A DNA stretch of 64,000 nt, from the NCBI GenBank assembly GCA_043228905.1, contig JBHGNT010000008.1:10664001-10728000 (forward strand), given 5' to 3'. The translations under genes and the position numbers were made by a program. This document shows positions 20,020-32,869 of the stretch, in pieces (position 1 is the first letter of the stretch; the number at the start of each line of letters is the position of its first letter). Below the pieces are notes generated by a model. The model worked only from the letters and a program-made list of their open reading frames with translations, did no database searches and was not told the origin of the DNA. Source of the stretch: Azolla caroliniana (lineage: Eukaryota; Plantae; Polypodiophyta).

Positions 20020-22858
20020 TGTTGAGTGAGCAAGCTCAACCGGTTCCGGATCGGCTGAATAAGCTAGAGCCAGATCGGTATCCGGATGAGATGGATCAAG
20101 GAGACGGATTCAAATGAGAACCGGAAGGCTAGTAGTAGCCTATATGCATCTAGATTGCTAGGTAGTCAGAGTCCTCGTAGTTAGTATCAGTCCCTCGTAT
20201 GAGCATCGAAGTACATGGTACTTCTGTCACTCCTCCAAGGACTTGTATAAATAGTGTTGTCAAGAATATTGTACAAATAGAGTTATTGAGTGTTATTTTT
20301 TAATAGAGTTTATGTTCTGCTCTCTCTTTCAATCTCTCCCATGCATATTCTCTGTGTTAAGCTTCCATTGAACCTGCCTCTCTACCTGTTGCTATCGGGT
20401 AGAGCTGGTTTGTAATACGCTTCTGCACGTTCACATTCACATGGTATATAAGAGTGCGAGGCTTGAGAACCTTTGCAACCGACAGACGCTTTCGAAGACA
20501 CACCCTAATACCTGGTAGGGACATATAGACAAAGATATGGACAGAGGTATGGCGAGTTCACTTCCCACAGAGAAGCTCGACCGGGGCAATTATGCATCCT
20601 GGTCATATAAAATGCACCAGTACCTGCTAGGGCATGGGTATTGGAGCTATGTGGAAGGAACCAACGAGGTAGCGCCGGAGCTAGCACACAAGGATTTCCC
20701 GGCATGGGAGCAAGGAGCGCGCCGAGTATTTTACTGCCTCTCCTCCTGTGTGAATGATCATATGCTCGGCTACATCAAGGATGCAAAGATGACAAAGGAG
20801 GCATGGGAAAATCTAGGTAAAATTTTCTCCACAAGTACCACAACCTGAATGTTGCAGCTCTGACAAGAGCTGAACAACATTCGGCAAAGAGACATATCGG
20901 TTACGGACTACACCACCAAGATAAAGGAGATTTGTGACATGCTCGGGTCCATCAACGTGACGGTGGACGAAGAAAAGATGGTACAAATCTGCCTTGGAGG
21001 TCTAGCGCAAAGGTATGGGCCTATCTAGACAACTATCCTCACCTGGGAGAAGCCACCGTCCTTCTTTGAGTTGCAATCAATGCTGATGGTTGAAGAAAAC
21101 CACGTGAGTGGATCCAAGATCACTCAATCAAACAACCAGATGCTATACACGGAGGCGAATCGGCCCCCTGGGCGTGTTGGACGCACTAGGTCGGAACGCA
21201 ATGGAGGCAATCGGTAGGAGTAGGACAGAAGGCACCAAGGTAGTGCCGACAGTAGTCCCGGACCTCTACACGCAAGGGGAGTCAAAGGGGCGCCGAAAAC
21301 CGGCAAGAAAAAGCCAACACGGAATGTTGGTAATGTGGAAAAAAAGGGCCACAGGGGAGTCAAAGGGCCAACAAATCCGGATCTGGCAAAGCCGGTTGGG
21401 AAAACCGACAAAGCTTGCACTACACAAAAGGATCTTAAGGATTCAGAACCAGGAAGACCGGTAAAGGGCTAGCCTTCGTGATGAAGCACAAGGCTAACTC
21501 GATGAAGAAGACTATTTCCAAATTGGAAGTATGGTATGTTGATTCCGGAGCATCCAACCACATGATGAGCCATGCAGAGTGGTTCTCGTTTTTGGAGAAA
21601 CCGGAACAACCGGGGATTGTCGAAACCGGAGATGACACCCCTCACCCAATTGTGCATGTCGGAAAAGTCCCTTTAAGCCATGTCAGACAAAAGGGGAAGC
21701 TGATGAACGTACTACACATTCCGACTATCACAAAGAACCTGGTGTCGGTTGGACAAATCATCGACCCGGGGGATGCTGGTGCGGTTTACGCACCTCAAGA
21801 GCTACATTGAGGAAGAAGGCCGGATAATTGTGCAAGGGCGCAGAGAAGGGAGGATGTTCATCCTCAACACTAATGATGTCGACACCGCCATGTTCGCCAA
21901 AGGACAAAAGATTGAATCAGACATCGATCTCTAACATAAACAAATCGGTCACCTCAAGTACTGGAGGCTTCAAGATCTGCAATTGAAACAAGTTGTGTTT
22001 GGAATGCCAAAGTTTAGTGGCCGGAAGGCCCAAATATGTGAAGCCTGCCAAGTTGGGAAGCACCACCGGCTTCCATAACCCACTAAACAAAACCAGAGCT
22101 GTAACAAGCTCGATCTAATACATTTGGATGTATGGGGACCAACACAAAACGTTAGTCTTGGTGGGAGTCGGTATTTTGTCTCCTTCATCGATGACTACAA
22201 CCGGCACACGTGGATCTACCTCATCGAGAAGAAAAGCGAAGTCTTTGACTGTTTCCGGAACCTTCAAAGCTTAGTCGAAAGGGAAACGGAGAGGAGGATA
22301 AAGTGCATGCGGTTGGATGGTGGAAAAGAATACTTTTCCAGCCAATTCAACAGTTATCTGTAACAGAAGGGAATTCGGAGAGAATTCAATTGCAACTACA
22401 CACTGGAACAAAACGATATCGCCGAAAGAAAGAATCAGTCGATTGTCAACGCGACGACGACAATGATGGAAGAAAAGAGCATGCCAAAATTCTACTGGTC
22501 TGAGGCGATCCGGACGACCGTCTATATCCAAAACCGGATCGGTGACAATGTGTCAGCACATGAGTTGTATTTTGGGCGGAAGCCGAATTTGAGAGACCTT
22601 CGGATCTTCGGTAGCATAGGATATGTGCATGTACCGGATGAGAAGCAAAGGAAGCTGAATCCGAAGTCGGAGAAGTGCATCCTAGTCGGTTACTCACATG
22701 AGCATAAGGGGTATAAGTGTTATAACCCCTTGACTAAACAAGTCCGAGTAAGCCGAGATGTCGAGTTTGATGAGTTGGCATCATGGTACTCTGTACCGAC
22801 TCCAACCTCCGATTTCGACCCGATTCCGGAAGATGAGGCTAGTGAGCCCGAGGAGGTC
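20020..22858 (+). mobile_element. 5' half of a family A copia (LTR 20020-20441, PBS about 20442, gag-PR-INT pseudogene)
   Basis: TG..CA LTR followed by tggtata. MASSLPTEKLDRGNYASWSYKM, WYVDSGASNHM, DVWGP..FIDDY, KCILVGY. Confidence 0.85.
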
Positions 22859-25800
22859 TGTTGTTCGGCTGACAAGCGACTCTATCGCCGACACACTGCG
22901 GAGTTCGAACCTTTCGTATTGAATGTTCTATCAAAGAATTGTGGTTTTGCGAATAGATACTAAGTTACTGTAATCTTATCGATCTTACATAGACATCGAG
23001 ATCGTTACTTACGTAATACAATTATAGTAGGATAGATTGACAGGAAATAAACAATTGCACACCGAGATTTCCTACAACTAAGCTTAAATTACTAAAAGTA
23101 AAAATGATAGATTTTACAATGTCTTCGGTTCCTTTTTATAGGCAACCTGAAGGACTAACTCATCAAGAAATACATATTGCCCTATTGGCAGAACTACAAA
23201 ACTTTTAACTAACTATAATTTTCAGTATTAACTATTATTCGGCAAAATGATTAGTCATCGATTCTCTTCCTCAATTCGACTTCGACTTCGATTCCGAACC
23301 TCTGACTCTGACGCTTCCCCATTATTTCCACCCGCCCCTTTGTCCGGGTAACACTTGGCACGCCCGTGGGCCAGGGCCTTGCCCGACAAACCCACGGTAC
23401 CTTTCTATGCCGGCTAGTCGGGAGGAAGGTCCTCGTCCAATTCATCTTCAATGTCGTCCTGCAAAATATCAAACAGAGAAGCTTCATGTTGTTGGCTCTC
23501 CTTGTCATCATCGTTTGAATCTACAGGTTGTTGTGTATCCTCGGTCGATGGTCATGGTGGTGGTGGTGCAACTGGCTCTAGTGCGCCGAGCCTTGGAATT
23601 TGGCTTTGTTTTTCGGCTTCGAAGGCGTCCAACTGAACAACTGTATCGATGTCATGTTTATCGAATTCTTGCATGAGTCCACTAAATTCTTCGCAGTGAC
23701 AAGCTGCCATGTCATACAAATCTTTAGCAATATCTTCTTGAACAGTTGATATTGCTTCTTCCGACATTTTGAAAAAGCCTTGTCCTTGTGCCTTCCGGTT
23801 GTCCCTGTCAGCTTGTAGAAGTTGAAGTTCCGCTGCTTGTGCCAACCAGGTCTTCCAGCCCTTATCCATTTACTCGGTTACCATTTCTAAGGTTTTGAGT
23901 TTGTGACGTTTCAATAATGTGCGTATCTTTTCCTCGCCCATACTCATCCGGAACTGTGCTTCTGCCAATACCTTCCGTAAATCAGTGATCTGTGCATTGG
24001 TTGCACCCTCCGCCTGCATCAGTCGTGCTTGAGTGACTAACAAGTCAAGCCATCGTTGTTCGGAGATGGCTTCCAGGTTTGCACACCGCTTTTCTAAATT
24101 TGATTTCGCAGATGCTCATTCCTCTTGCTCTCGAGTATATTTCTCATTTAGTTTGAGTGAGCAAAGTTTCCTTTTCCACCAGCTGTTCCGCGCAGTATTC
24201 CACCTGGACCTTGACATACTCTTCGAGCTCTTCGACCCATTCTGCGTGTTGGTGAGTGGTTTCTAGTTGTTATGCTAATTGTCGGCGCAGCCTTTGAATC
24301 AAATTGTCCTTGGCATCTAGCCATGTGCCGATTTCTGTTTTTGCTAATTGTAGTCGATCCTCTATTTTCTTTGATCGGGTTTTGGCTGTCTCAACTCTGG
24401 TTTCTGCCTCCTTGAGTGTTGCTTCTGCCTGTTGTAATTTTTGTTGCAGGTCTGGATCAGACTATAAAGGTTTTCTTGATGAAGTTTGCTGCAACAATTC
24501 TTCCTTTGTTTTCTATAGTTGTTCTTCTGTCTATCGAAGTCGTTCTGAGAACTGCTGGTTTTCGGCCTTCTTATTTGTGCATTGAGCATTCAAAATTTCC
24601 GACGCTGCCATTGCCTTTTTATACAAATCAGCCATATCCTTGGCTGTTCAGCTTGCCTTTTCATATTCTCTATGTACCTCTACCACAGCCTCATGCAATG
24701 GTGGCATCTGGATGGCTTCTCCCTTATTTTTCGCATTCCGCTATCGGCCGATCCGATCGACTTCTTGCTGCTCCTACAGCTCAACAACTCCACTTAATGA
24801 TTTTTGGATCATTATCTGATCTCGGTGCTCCTGTGCCATTCGCTCAGACACCTCATGTAATCTACGGGCAAACCACTCTACTAATTCATAAGAAGTGTCG
24901 AATTGTAGAATGGCGGCAAGTTCGTGTGCTGTTGGAGGGATGTTAGAGAATGTAGTTGCTTCCCGTACCGTTGTTACCGACGACTGCCCTTTCTAGATTC
25001 TGGTTGTGTCGTTTGGATTGACATGAGTTACTTGTGTGGGCTGCATAACTTGCTCCTCTTTTCTCTGCTTTTTCTGTGCAAGTTCCTCTTGCTGAGCTTG
25101 CGGGAAGCATTGAGCCCTTTGCTTTACCCGACGTTGTCGTTATGTCGGTTGGTCAGGTTCAACAGGTACTGATTCTTGATTACGTTGGGGTGGTTGTGGG
25201 ATAGGTACAGTGTCAGGTTGGGAATTTTGTGTCGACTTCAAAACTGGTGAGGGTACTGGTTGTTGTGGTTCAGATTCCGGTTGAGTGGCATCAACCTGCG
25301 TCGATTCTACTTCTTGCCATTCCATATTGTACTTGTCGTCGGAGTCGAAAAGCTGGTTGTGGCGATGGCGGCCTTTGTTCTTCTTGTCGGTTTTCGGATC
25401 TCTGTGTCTGAAAAAGCACCGACAACCAGCGAGCAAAGATTGGCTTCATTGGTTTCCGACAGCAACCCCCATTCAAAAACTTCACCCTCATACGTGGCGA
25501 TTATGAAGCCGGCTCTCTTTTTGGGCATGCAGTAAAATCGGGTACTAACAAATCCCACATCTAACAAAAATTTGGCCACTTCATGAAAAAATTTGTCCTC
25601 CCCTCCATGTGTTTGAAAAGCTTTGGCCGAGGGAGAATATTCTCCGAAATATGACCTAAGCATGTCCTTGTCCATTTTTTGGACATCATGAAAGCCTTCT
25701 CATTTTAATTCCAATACTTGGCGTACCTGTTTGTTCCTAATTTTGGAGACATCGATCTCCTGCAAAAGTTCTGCAACACGAGGGTGAGGCTCTACCTCAG

Positions 25801-26516
25801 CAACCTTGATGAAACTCTTTAGATTCTTGTTCACGAGCCACTGGCGCAGGTTATCAGAAGCAGGGATTGGCATTATTTCGTCTTCGAGAGAAAGGTCGGA
25901 GTTTTGTGAAGAAAGCTTTAGGCTATGGCGAGGAAGAGCAGAAAACTTTTCAACACGAATACACTTCTGTCTCTGCGTTGTTGACACAGAAGATGAAGAA
26001 ATAGGTTTTAAGGAACTGCTATCTAACAGCCTTCTCACAGCTTGGCTGTGTCTATTTTGTTCTAGCAACTATGCTGATGCAATTAACAGCTTTTCTCACA
26101 TCCATAACCTTGCTTAATGATTCGGCAGAGACGCGAGGCACATGTAGCACATCTTGAAGAACGGTAGGTTCGTCATTTGAAGAAGTGTTAAGAAACACAT
26201 TACCCACACACGAAGCCTCAATGCTTGAGGCATCTCCTATGGAGATTTGGGCAGAGCTAGGCATCACATCATGCAAAATGGATTTGTCATAAGTCATGTG
26301 TGTAATGGCACCACTCATCAATGGTTGAGGTAGTTGTTCCAGCCAAATGTGAAGAATGTTCCTCGATGCCAAGGAAAATTGTTTCTTTGGCTAAGTGGAT
26401 CAAGTTTGATTTTGGTGAAGGTTGACTTTTGGTAGAAGAAGATTTCTTGACATTGTCCTTTTTCTTTTTCCGATAGTCGGGCTGAATGTGACCTTTGTAG
26501 CTACTATTAATGTAAG
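22859..26516 (-). mobile_element. Copia-derived element remnant: gag knuckle/protease, then a roughly 2.8-kb disrupted accessory ORF, then an LTR-like end
   Basis: KGHIQPDYRKKK, SGAITHMT, VLQDVLHVP at 26070-26510. Same-strand ORF pieces 23251-26068. tgttg terminus at 22859 and a TATA-like ttttatagg near 23135. Confidence 0.55.
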
Positions 26517-26588
26517 TCAAATGCTCCGTACTCAAATCGATGGTTTACGGTTCCGAAGAAGAATGGGTCACTCCGATTTATTCAAGAT

Positions 26589-29386
26589 GGGCGCATATTC
26601 TGAAAATCATCGACTTGCTCAAGGAGAAGGTGGTGATGGGGATTCTAGAGCCATCAAATGCTCCGTACTCAAATCGATGGTTTACGGTTCCGAAGAAGAA
26701 TGGGTTACTCCGATTTATTCAAGATTTGCAACCGATGAACAAGGTCACGATCTGGAACTCCGGAGTCGGTCCGATAGTGGACAAATTTGCGGAAGCATTT
26801 TCCGGTCGCGCGATATACTCCATCAGAGACCTATATTCTGGATATGACCAATTCCAACTAGCCGTGGAGAGCCGAGACATCACTACCATGCGAACACCGA
26901 TAGGATTAGTCTGGATGTGTACGCTACCACAAGGCGCAACGAACTCAGTCGCACATATGATGAATGCGATGAACAAGGTGCTCCGGGATTGCATACCGGA
27001 GATAATGATGCCGTTCTTAGATGACATTCCAATGAAAGGGTGTGCGGTGGAAGAAAAAGATGAAGCTATGGATGAACAGGGATGCCAAAGGTTTGTAGTC
27101 AACCATATCCGTGATTGTGAGAAAGTGTTACGGAAGTTAGAAGATGTGCATCTAACACTTTCCGGAGAGAAATCGGCATTCGGACAAGAAGAAATATTGG
27201 TATTCGGACATCTATGTGGGCCCTACGGCCGAAGACCGTCACCAATCAAGATCGATGCGATTCAAGCTATGAAAGAAGTATGTGAGTCACAATCCGAAGT
27301 TCGAAGGTTTCTTGGAGCATGTGCATTCTACCATATATGGATTCCGCACTATGCACATATAGCGGACCCACTCTATCACTTGTTGCGGAAGGGTAAGAAG
27401 TTTGAATGGAAACCGGAGCATACCAAAGCCGTGAAGAAGCTCAAGAAATCACTACAGAGGGCAAAAGCACTAAAGAAGCCGAACTATGACCAACCGATCA
27501 TAGTAACGGTTGACACAAGTCCAACCGGAATCGGATGGGTCATCAATCAAGCCGATCCGGAAGGTTCGCGATATCCGATCCGATTCGGAGCAAAGGTTCT
27601 CAATGAAAGGCAACGCGGATATGCACAAGTTAAAAGAGAATTATGGGGAGTCGTGTCGGCAATCAAATCGAATCGAGATTATTTGATCGGCGTCGAAGTA
27701 GTGATCGAAACGGATTGTCTTCCGATACTCGGGATGATGCAGTGTTGCACGATACCGGATGTGGCTATGCTAAGATGGATTGCATATGTTAAGTCACTTA
27801 ATCCAGAGGTAAGACATATCTCTGGAAAAGACAACGTTGTAGCGGATATGCTATCAAGGGTGCGGTTCGGAGATGACCTAACCGAATCCGATAATGAAGA
27901 AGTTTCCGAAGACTACTTTGCTTCGGAGCACATATGCCGGGTGGACGTAATCCAAGAATTCCGAGAAGAAGAATACGAGGGAGAAAGCTTGTTGATCAGG
28001 AAAATGCTACGAGAAATCGAGGAATCATCGGACAATAAAGAGAAGAGAGCCGAGATCCGAAGTAAGAAATGGCAAGTCCGAAAGTTCTTCTTGAAAAATG
28101 GATTTTAATGGAGGGAGCCAAAAAGACCGGGTGGCATACCACTTCGAGTCGTCGGGACAAAAGAGCAACGAAACCAGGTAATGTCTGAATTTCACGAATC
28201 TGATTGGGCTGGACATCAGGGAACATGGGCAACATTTGGGAAGATCAAGCAAAGATATTGGTGGAAAGATGTCGTGGAGTTCACGTAAAGCTGCGAGAAG
28301 TGTCAAATCTACTCCGGAGTTCGACACCGAGATGAGTTACATTCGACATTCTCACCGACAATCAACTTCAAATGGATGGTCGACATTGTAGCCATGCCAA
28401 CCGAGATCGGACAAAAGAAGTACTTGGTGTTAGCTCGGGAAGATCTCACAAACCAAGTAGAAGGTCAGGCGCTACAGAGGAAAACGTGTTCTACGGTATG
28501 CCAATTCCTTTTGGAAGAAGTGTTTTGCAGGTACAGGTGCGTAGGACAAGTGATTGCGGATCGGGGAGAACTCGACTCTGATAAAGCTAAGGAATTCTTC
28601 ACTAAACATGGAGTTCGGTTAACACTGACAACGGCATACAATCCGGAAGCCAACGAGAAGATCGAACGAGGACATAGTCCGATTGTCAAAGCACTTGCGA
28701 AGGCATGCGATGGAAGGGTGAAGGATTGGTCGCAGATGCTTCCGTATGCACTATGGGCGGATCGGATGACGCATAGCTCCGTAACCGGTTACATGCCGGC
28801 AGAACTTATGACCGGACAAGCACCGTTAATGCCGACGGAAACCGCAATCGCGACATGGACAATGCTACCATGGAAGGAAGAGATGAGCCGGGAAGAACTA
28901 CTAGCGGTCCGGATACGACAACTAGAGGGAAGACCGGAAGACATAGCGGAAGCAGTACGCCGACAACAAGAAGCGCGATTCCGGAATAAAAGCCGGTTCG
29001 ACACAAAGCACCGACTATGACTGCGGAATATTGAAGAAGGAGATTCGGTGATTGTCTACGACAGTAGTTTGGATCATCAACATACAACGATGCGGAAGTT
29101 CGCAAAAAGGTGGTTTGGGCCATATGAGGTTCGGAAAGTTTTCGACAACGGAACTTACCAACTATGTGAGTTGGATGGAACGATGCTACGAGTGCCTATA
29201 GCCGGGAAACGGGTGAAGATTTTCAAGAAGCGGACTGAAGAAGAACCCTATGTGATCCTAGACAAGACCGACAAGAAGCAGCAATTGGACGAAGATTGCA
29301 GTGATGCGGAAAGCGAGGAAAGTGGATTACAACTCATAGTCGACTTAAGGGGAGAATTGGAGGAAGCTTTGGATGAAGGTGAATAG
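26589..29386 (+). pseudogene. Gypsy pol (RT, RNase H, integrase) with stops
   Basis: ORFs 26540-28108, 28376-29020 and 29048-29386. Confidence 0.9.
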
Positions 29387-29415
29387 CAAGCATCGGGGAC
29401 TTCGGCACATACCGG

Positions 29416-30724
29416 TGTCGTGTGAATCTTCACACACTATGTAAAAAAATAATGAAATAATTATTATAGATTAGATTAGTAGCTTACTATAGAAAGATGG
29501 ATGTACTCAAGAGCTTCAAAATGTATTTTATTATATACAAAATGGAGAAATACATATCAAGTTATGAGAAAATGAAGTTTGATTAGATAGAGAAATTAGA
29601 ACTATCCCACATAGATAGGAAAGTTAAGGCCCTGGCTATATAAACACCTTGAGTTCCCTCATTTTTCAATTGTGCTAAGAGCACTTTGGCCACTTTGTCT
29701 TGATGGATGATGGTGGCCAAATTCCCTAAAACCGGAAACCGGCTGGTAAGCAAATCCGGAAACGGGCCGGTAAGCAAATTCGGAAACCGGCCGGTATGCA
29801 ATCCGGAAACCGGCTGGTATGCAAAACCGGAACCGGAACGAGTATGCAAACCAGCTGGCAAGCAAAACCGGAAACCGGCCGGTAAGCAAAACCGGAATTG
29901 GCCGGCAAGCAAACCAGAACCGGAACGGGTATGCAAACCAGAACCGGAACAGGTATGCAAACCGGAAACCGGCCGGTAAGCAAAACTGGAACCGGCCGGC
30001 AAGCAAAATCGGAACTGGAACTGACCGGCAAGCAAAATGGAACTGGCTATCGGACGATGTTGGACGCGGACGGACGAAAGATTGGATCATGCAACAAACT
30101 AAAGTAAAGTGAAGAGAACTAAAGTAAAGGCCATGTGGATGCAAGCAACTAAAGAAGGGAGTGCATGGAAAAATTAAAGGTCATGTGGATAGTCACATGC
30201 AACCAAAAGAAAAAGCTAGGCAACTAAAAGTAGAGGCCATGCAACAAAAAGTGAAAAGGCTATGATAAAGAGAGAACTCCATATTTATTCCATTTTTTTT
30301 CCGACACGAAGGATCTCCATATTATCTTAATTTCTTTTTCCTTTTCTTTGGAGAGCTCTCTTATATTATCGAACCCAATAACCCTAATCTTCCTGACAGA
30401 AGCTATCTCTCAAGTAAACCATAATTTCCATATGGAAGCAAGCTCTCAAAATCCAAAATTCCTTGTCAAAGCTATAACACTCAAGAATCATAATCTCTTA
30501 TTTCCTCTAATCTATTATTCTAATCATCTCCATAAGATAAAACTTTTGTAATCCTAATCTTGGGATTGATTGTAATCTTTCTTTCACTTTTATTAATGAA
30601 ATTTGTTAATCTTTCTCATTTCGATTAATTCTTAGTATATAAATACACGAATTTGATATCCTCTAGACAAAGGCCCCGGGGTCTTGCCTCAACATTCACG
30701 TATCCTCGTCGTATTTTTGCGACA
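29416..30724 (+). mobile_element. Gypsy solo LTR (1309 bp) with 4-bp TSD CCGG
   Basis: TGTCG..CGACA termini. ccgg at 29412-29415 and 30725-30728. Internal AACCGG-rich repeats 29728-30035. Confidence 0.8.
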
Positions 30725-31621
30725 CCGGAGGATGTGCGGGTTCAGAGGGGGTGAGTGTCGTAGTGTAATTCGCAGACTACATGAAAAATTACATTTTTGG
30801 TTTCTCCGGATAAGATATGGAGTACCCAATGAGAACCGGTAAGGAGACCGGCAAGAGCCGAATGAAGAAGGCTGGTGAGAGTCGCTGAGAAACGGACGAA
30901 GAGAACCGGTAAGAAGGATCCGGTAAGAACCGGATAAAGAAAACCGGCGAGAACCGGATGAAGCAGAACCGGCAAGATCCGGATGAAGAAGGCCGGTGAG
31001 AGTCTCTCACCAGATGAAGAGACATATTTGTAAATAGAAGAAAGTATAAAATTATATATTACATGCATAGGGCAAGAATCGAACCTTGCACCTCCATGTT
31101 AATAATGTTAAGCTTTATCACTATACTAGCATATTATGAATTTTAAAGTTATACTAAACATTATCCTATGTAAATATTCTAGATATGCATGGTACAAAAA
31201 AGTTATTCATGCATACACACTCGAGTTAAAAGAAAAGATGGGATAGAAAGCTAATCATGCACGTGCAGTGTGCATGAAAACTAAAGATAGGAAAAGCATG
31301 ATGCTTGCATGTGATAAACTTAGACTCTTCCAACACTATATAAGGAAGAGAGAAAGATGTATAGGGTTGTTGATTAATTTACAAGGGTTGATTAATATAA
31401 TATAATCATGGGATCCACAAGTTTGCTAACTATTTTTTTCTCTCTTAATTTGAGTACTCACTGATACACTATACTCGTGGGATTCACGAGTTTTTCATAT
31501 CTTTCTTTCTTACAATATATTTCGTATTCTTAATTTCCTTAGAATTTTCTTTCCTCCTAGTCCAAAACCCCAGTGGTTCCCACCCGACTCCCGCAACGAT
31601 CCGAAGCCGAAAGGCACGACA

Positions 31622-32869
31622 GCGGATCGTGAGACAGAACTGCTGGGGTTCTGAACCGGAAGGATTCGAATTTTTCACAAGCTTTAGCGAGAAAGTATTT
31701 AAGTTAAATTAAAAGAGAGAGAGAGATTTAGATAAGATAGAACGTTTGATTTTAGATTAAGAGAAAGATTAAGATTAAACTCTTAACTTTAGATTTGAAG
31801 AACAAGATATATCATCAAAAGGATAACGGATTTTCTTCTTAATATTAATTTTGATTTAAAGTACAAAGCTTTCTTGATAAAAAAAGTCCCCCTTTGATCT
31901 TTTTCATCCCCTCTTTTATAGATGCCCTAATGCATTTGAGGGTTCAAGACATGCATAAAATGCATGTTTGCCATTTGGCGCTCATGTATTACATGTGGTG
32001 CATGATAACCACGTCACTCATTTTAGCTCTCATGTATGAGAATTTACATGTAAAGTTACAATGATAAAAATATTATTTCAAGAAAATGTCTTTGCAAGCC
32101 TATAGACTCTCAACTTGGAGGTGCAAGGTTCAAATCCACACTTGCACTCCTTGTGTATATATATATGTGTATACATTTATTTATTTATTTATATATCTAT
32201 CCGGTCGCCGAATGCCGGTCGTTTCTGGTTACCGTCGATCGCCAGATGACGCCGGTTCGCCGGATGTTGCCGGTTACCGTCAGTCGTCGGATGCTGCCGG
32301 ATGTTGCCAGTTATCGCCGATTACCGTCCCCGGTTACCGCCAGTTGCCGGATTGCCGGTCGTTGGTTTCGTCGCCGGTTGCCGGATGAATCCGGTCATCG
32401 ATTGCTGGCTCTATCCGGTTTCCAGTTCTATCGTCAACCGGTTTGGGTTTCTTCACCAATCGGTTCGAGCACTTAGCCACATCTGGCGACTTAGCCACAT
32501 ATGTCCATCTAGACAAAAGTGGCTCAAGTCCAACTATTTCTTATGTGCCCTTAACACATAGATGAATTATGATGGATCTCAATCTACTTATATAGCTGGG
32601 CCTAAACTTTTCCTTTCTATGTGGGATATTTCACAGTTTTATTTTTCTCTTTTCCTTTGCAAACTTCCTACCCACATAACTTGAGACTTAGATGTCCGTT
32701 TCTTATGAAGTAAGGTGCATTCGAAAGCTCTTGCAGACCTCCATCTTTTTGTACTAAGATATTAAACATATTTAAAATAGTATTTTCACTATTATTATTT
32801 TATATGATTCATACTCAATTTCTTATGCTTTATGCGATTTTCACACCATTGCCGAAAATCTTCACGACA
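31622..32869 (-). mobile_element. Gypsy LTR homologous to 38895-40162, missing about 25 terminal bp
   Basis: ggggttctg.accggaaggattcgaa and gccgaaaatcttcacgaca are shared with 38895-40162. Right end abuts a copia integrase (PEQNSVAERKN). Confidence 0.85.

Larger units (their letters stand above)
26517..31621 (+). mobile_element. 3' part of a Ty3/gypsy element (RT-RH-INT, PPT 30744-30755, 3' LTR 30756-31621)
   Basis: Gypsy domain order. DLYSGYDQF, LPQGATNS, FLDDI, TVDTSP, ETDC, integrase with HQG..CEKC and GPY motif. LTR TGTCGT..ACGACA after agagggggtgag. Confidence 0.85.

Noticed and set aside
29583-30144. Overlapping ORFs in several frames (also 18533-18833 and 45735-46227)
   Set aside because: Artefacts of stop-poor tandem repeats and microsatellites in LTRs.
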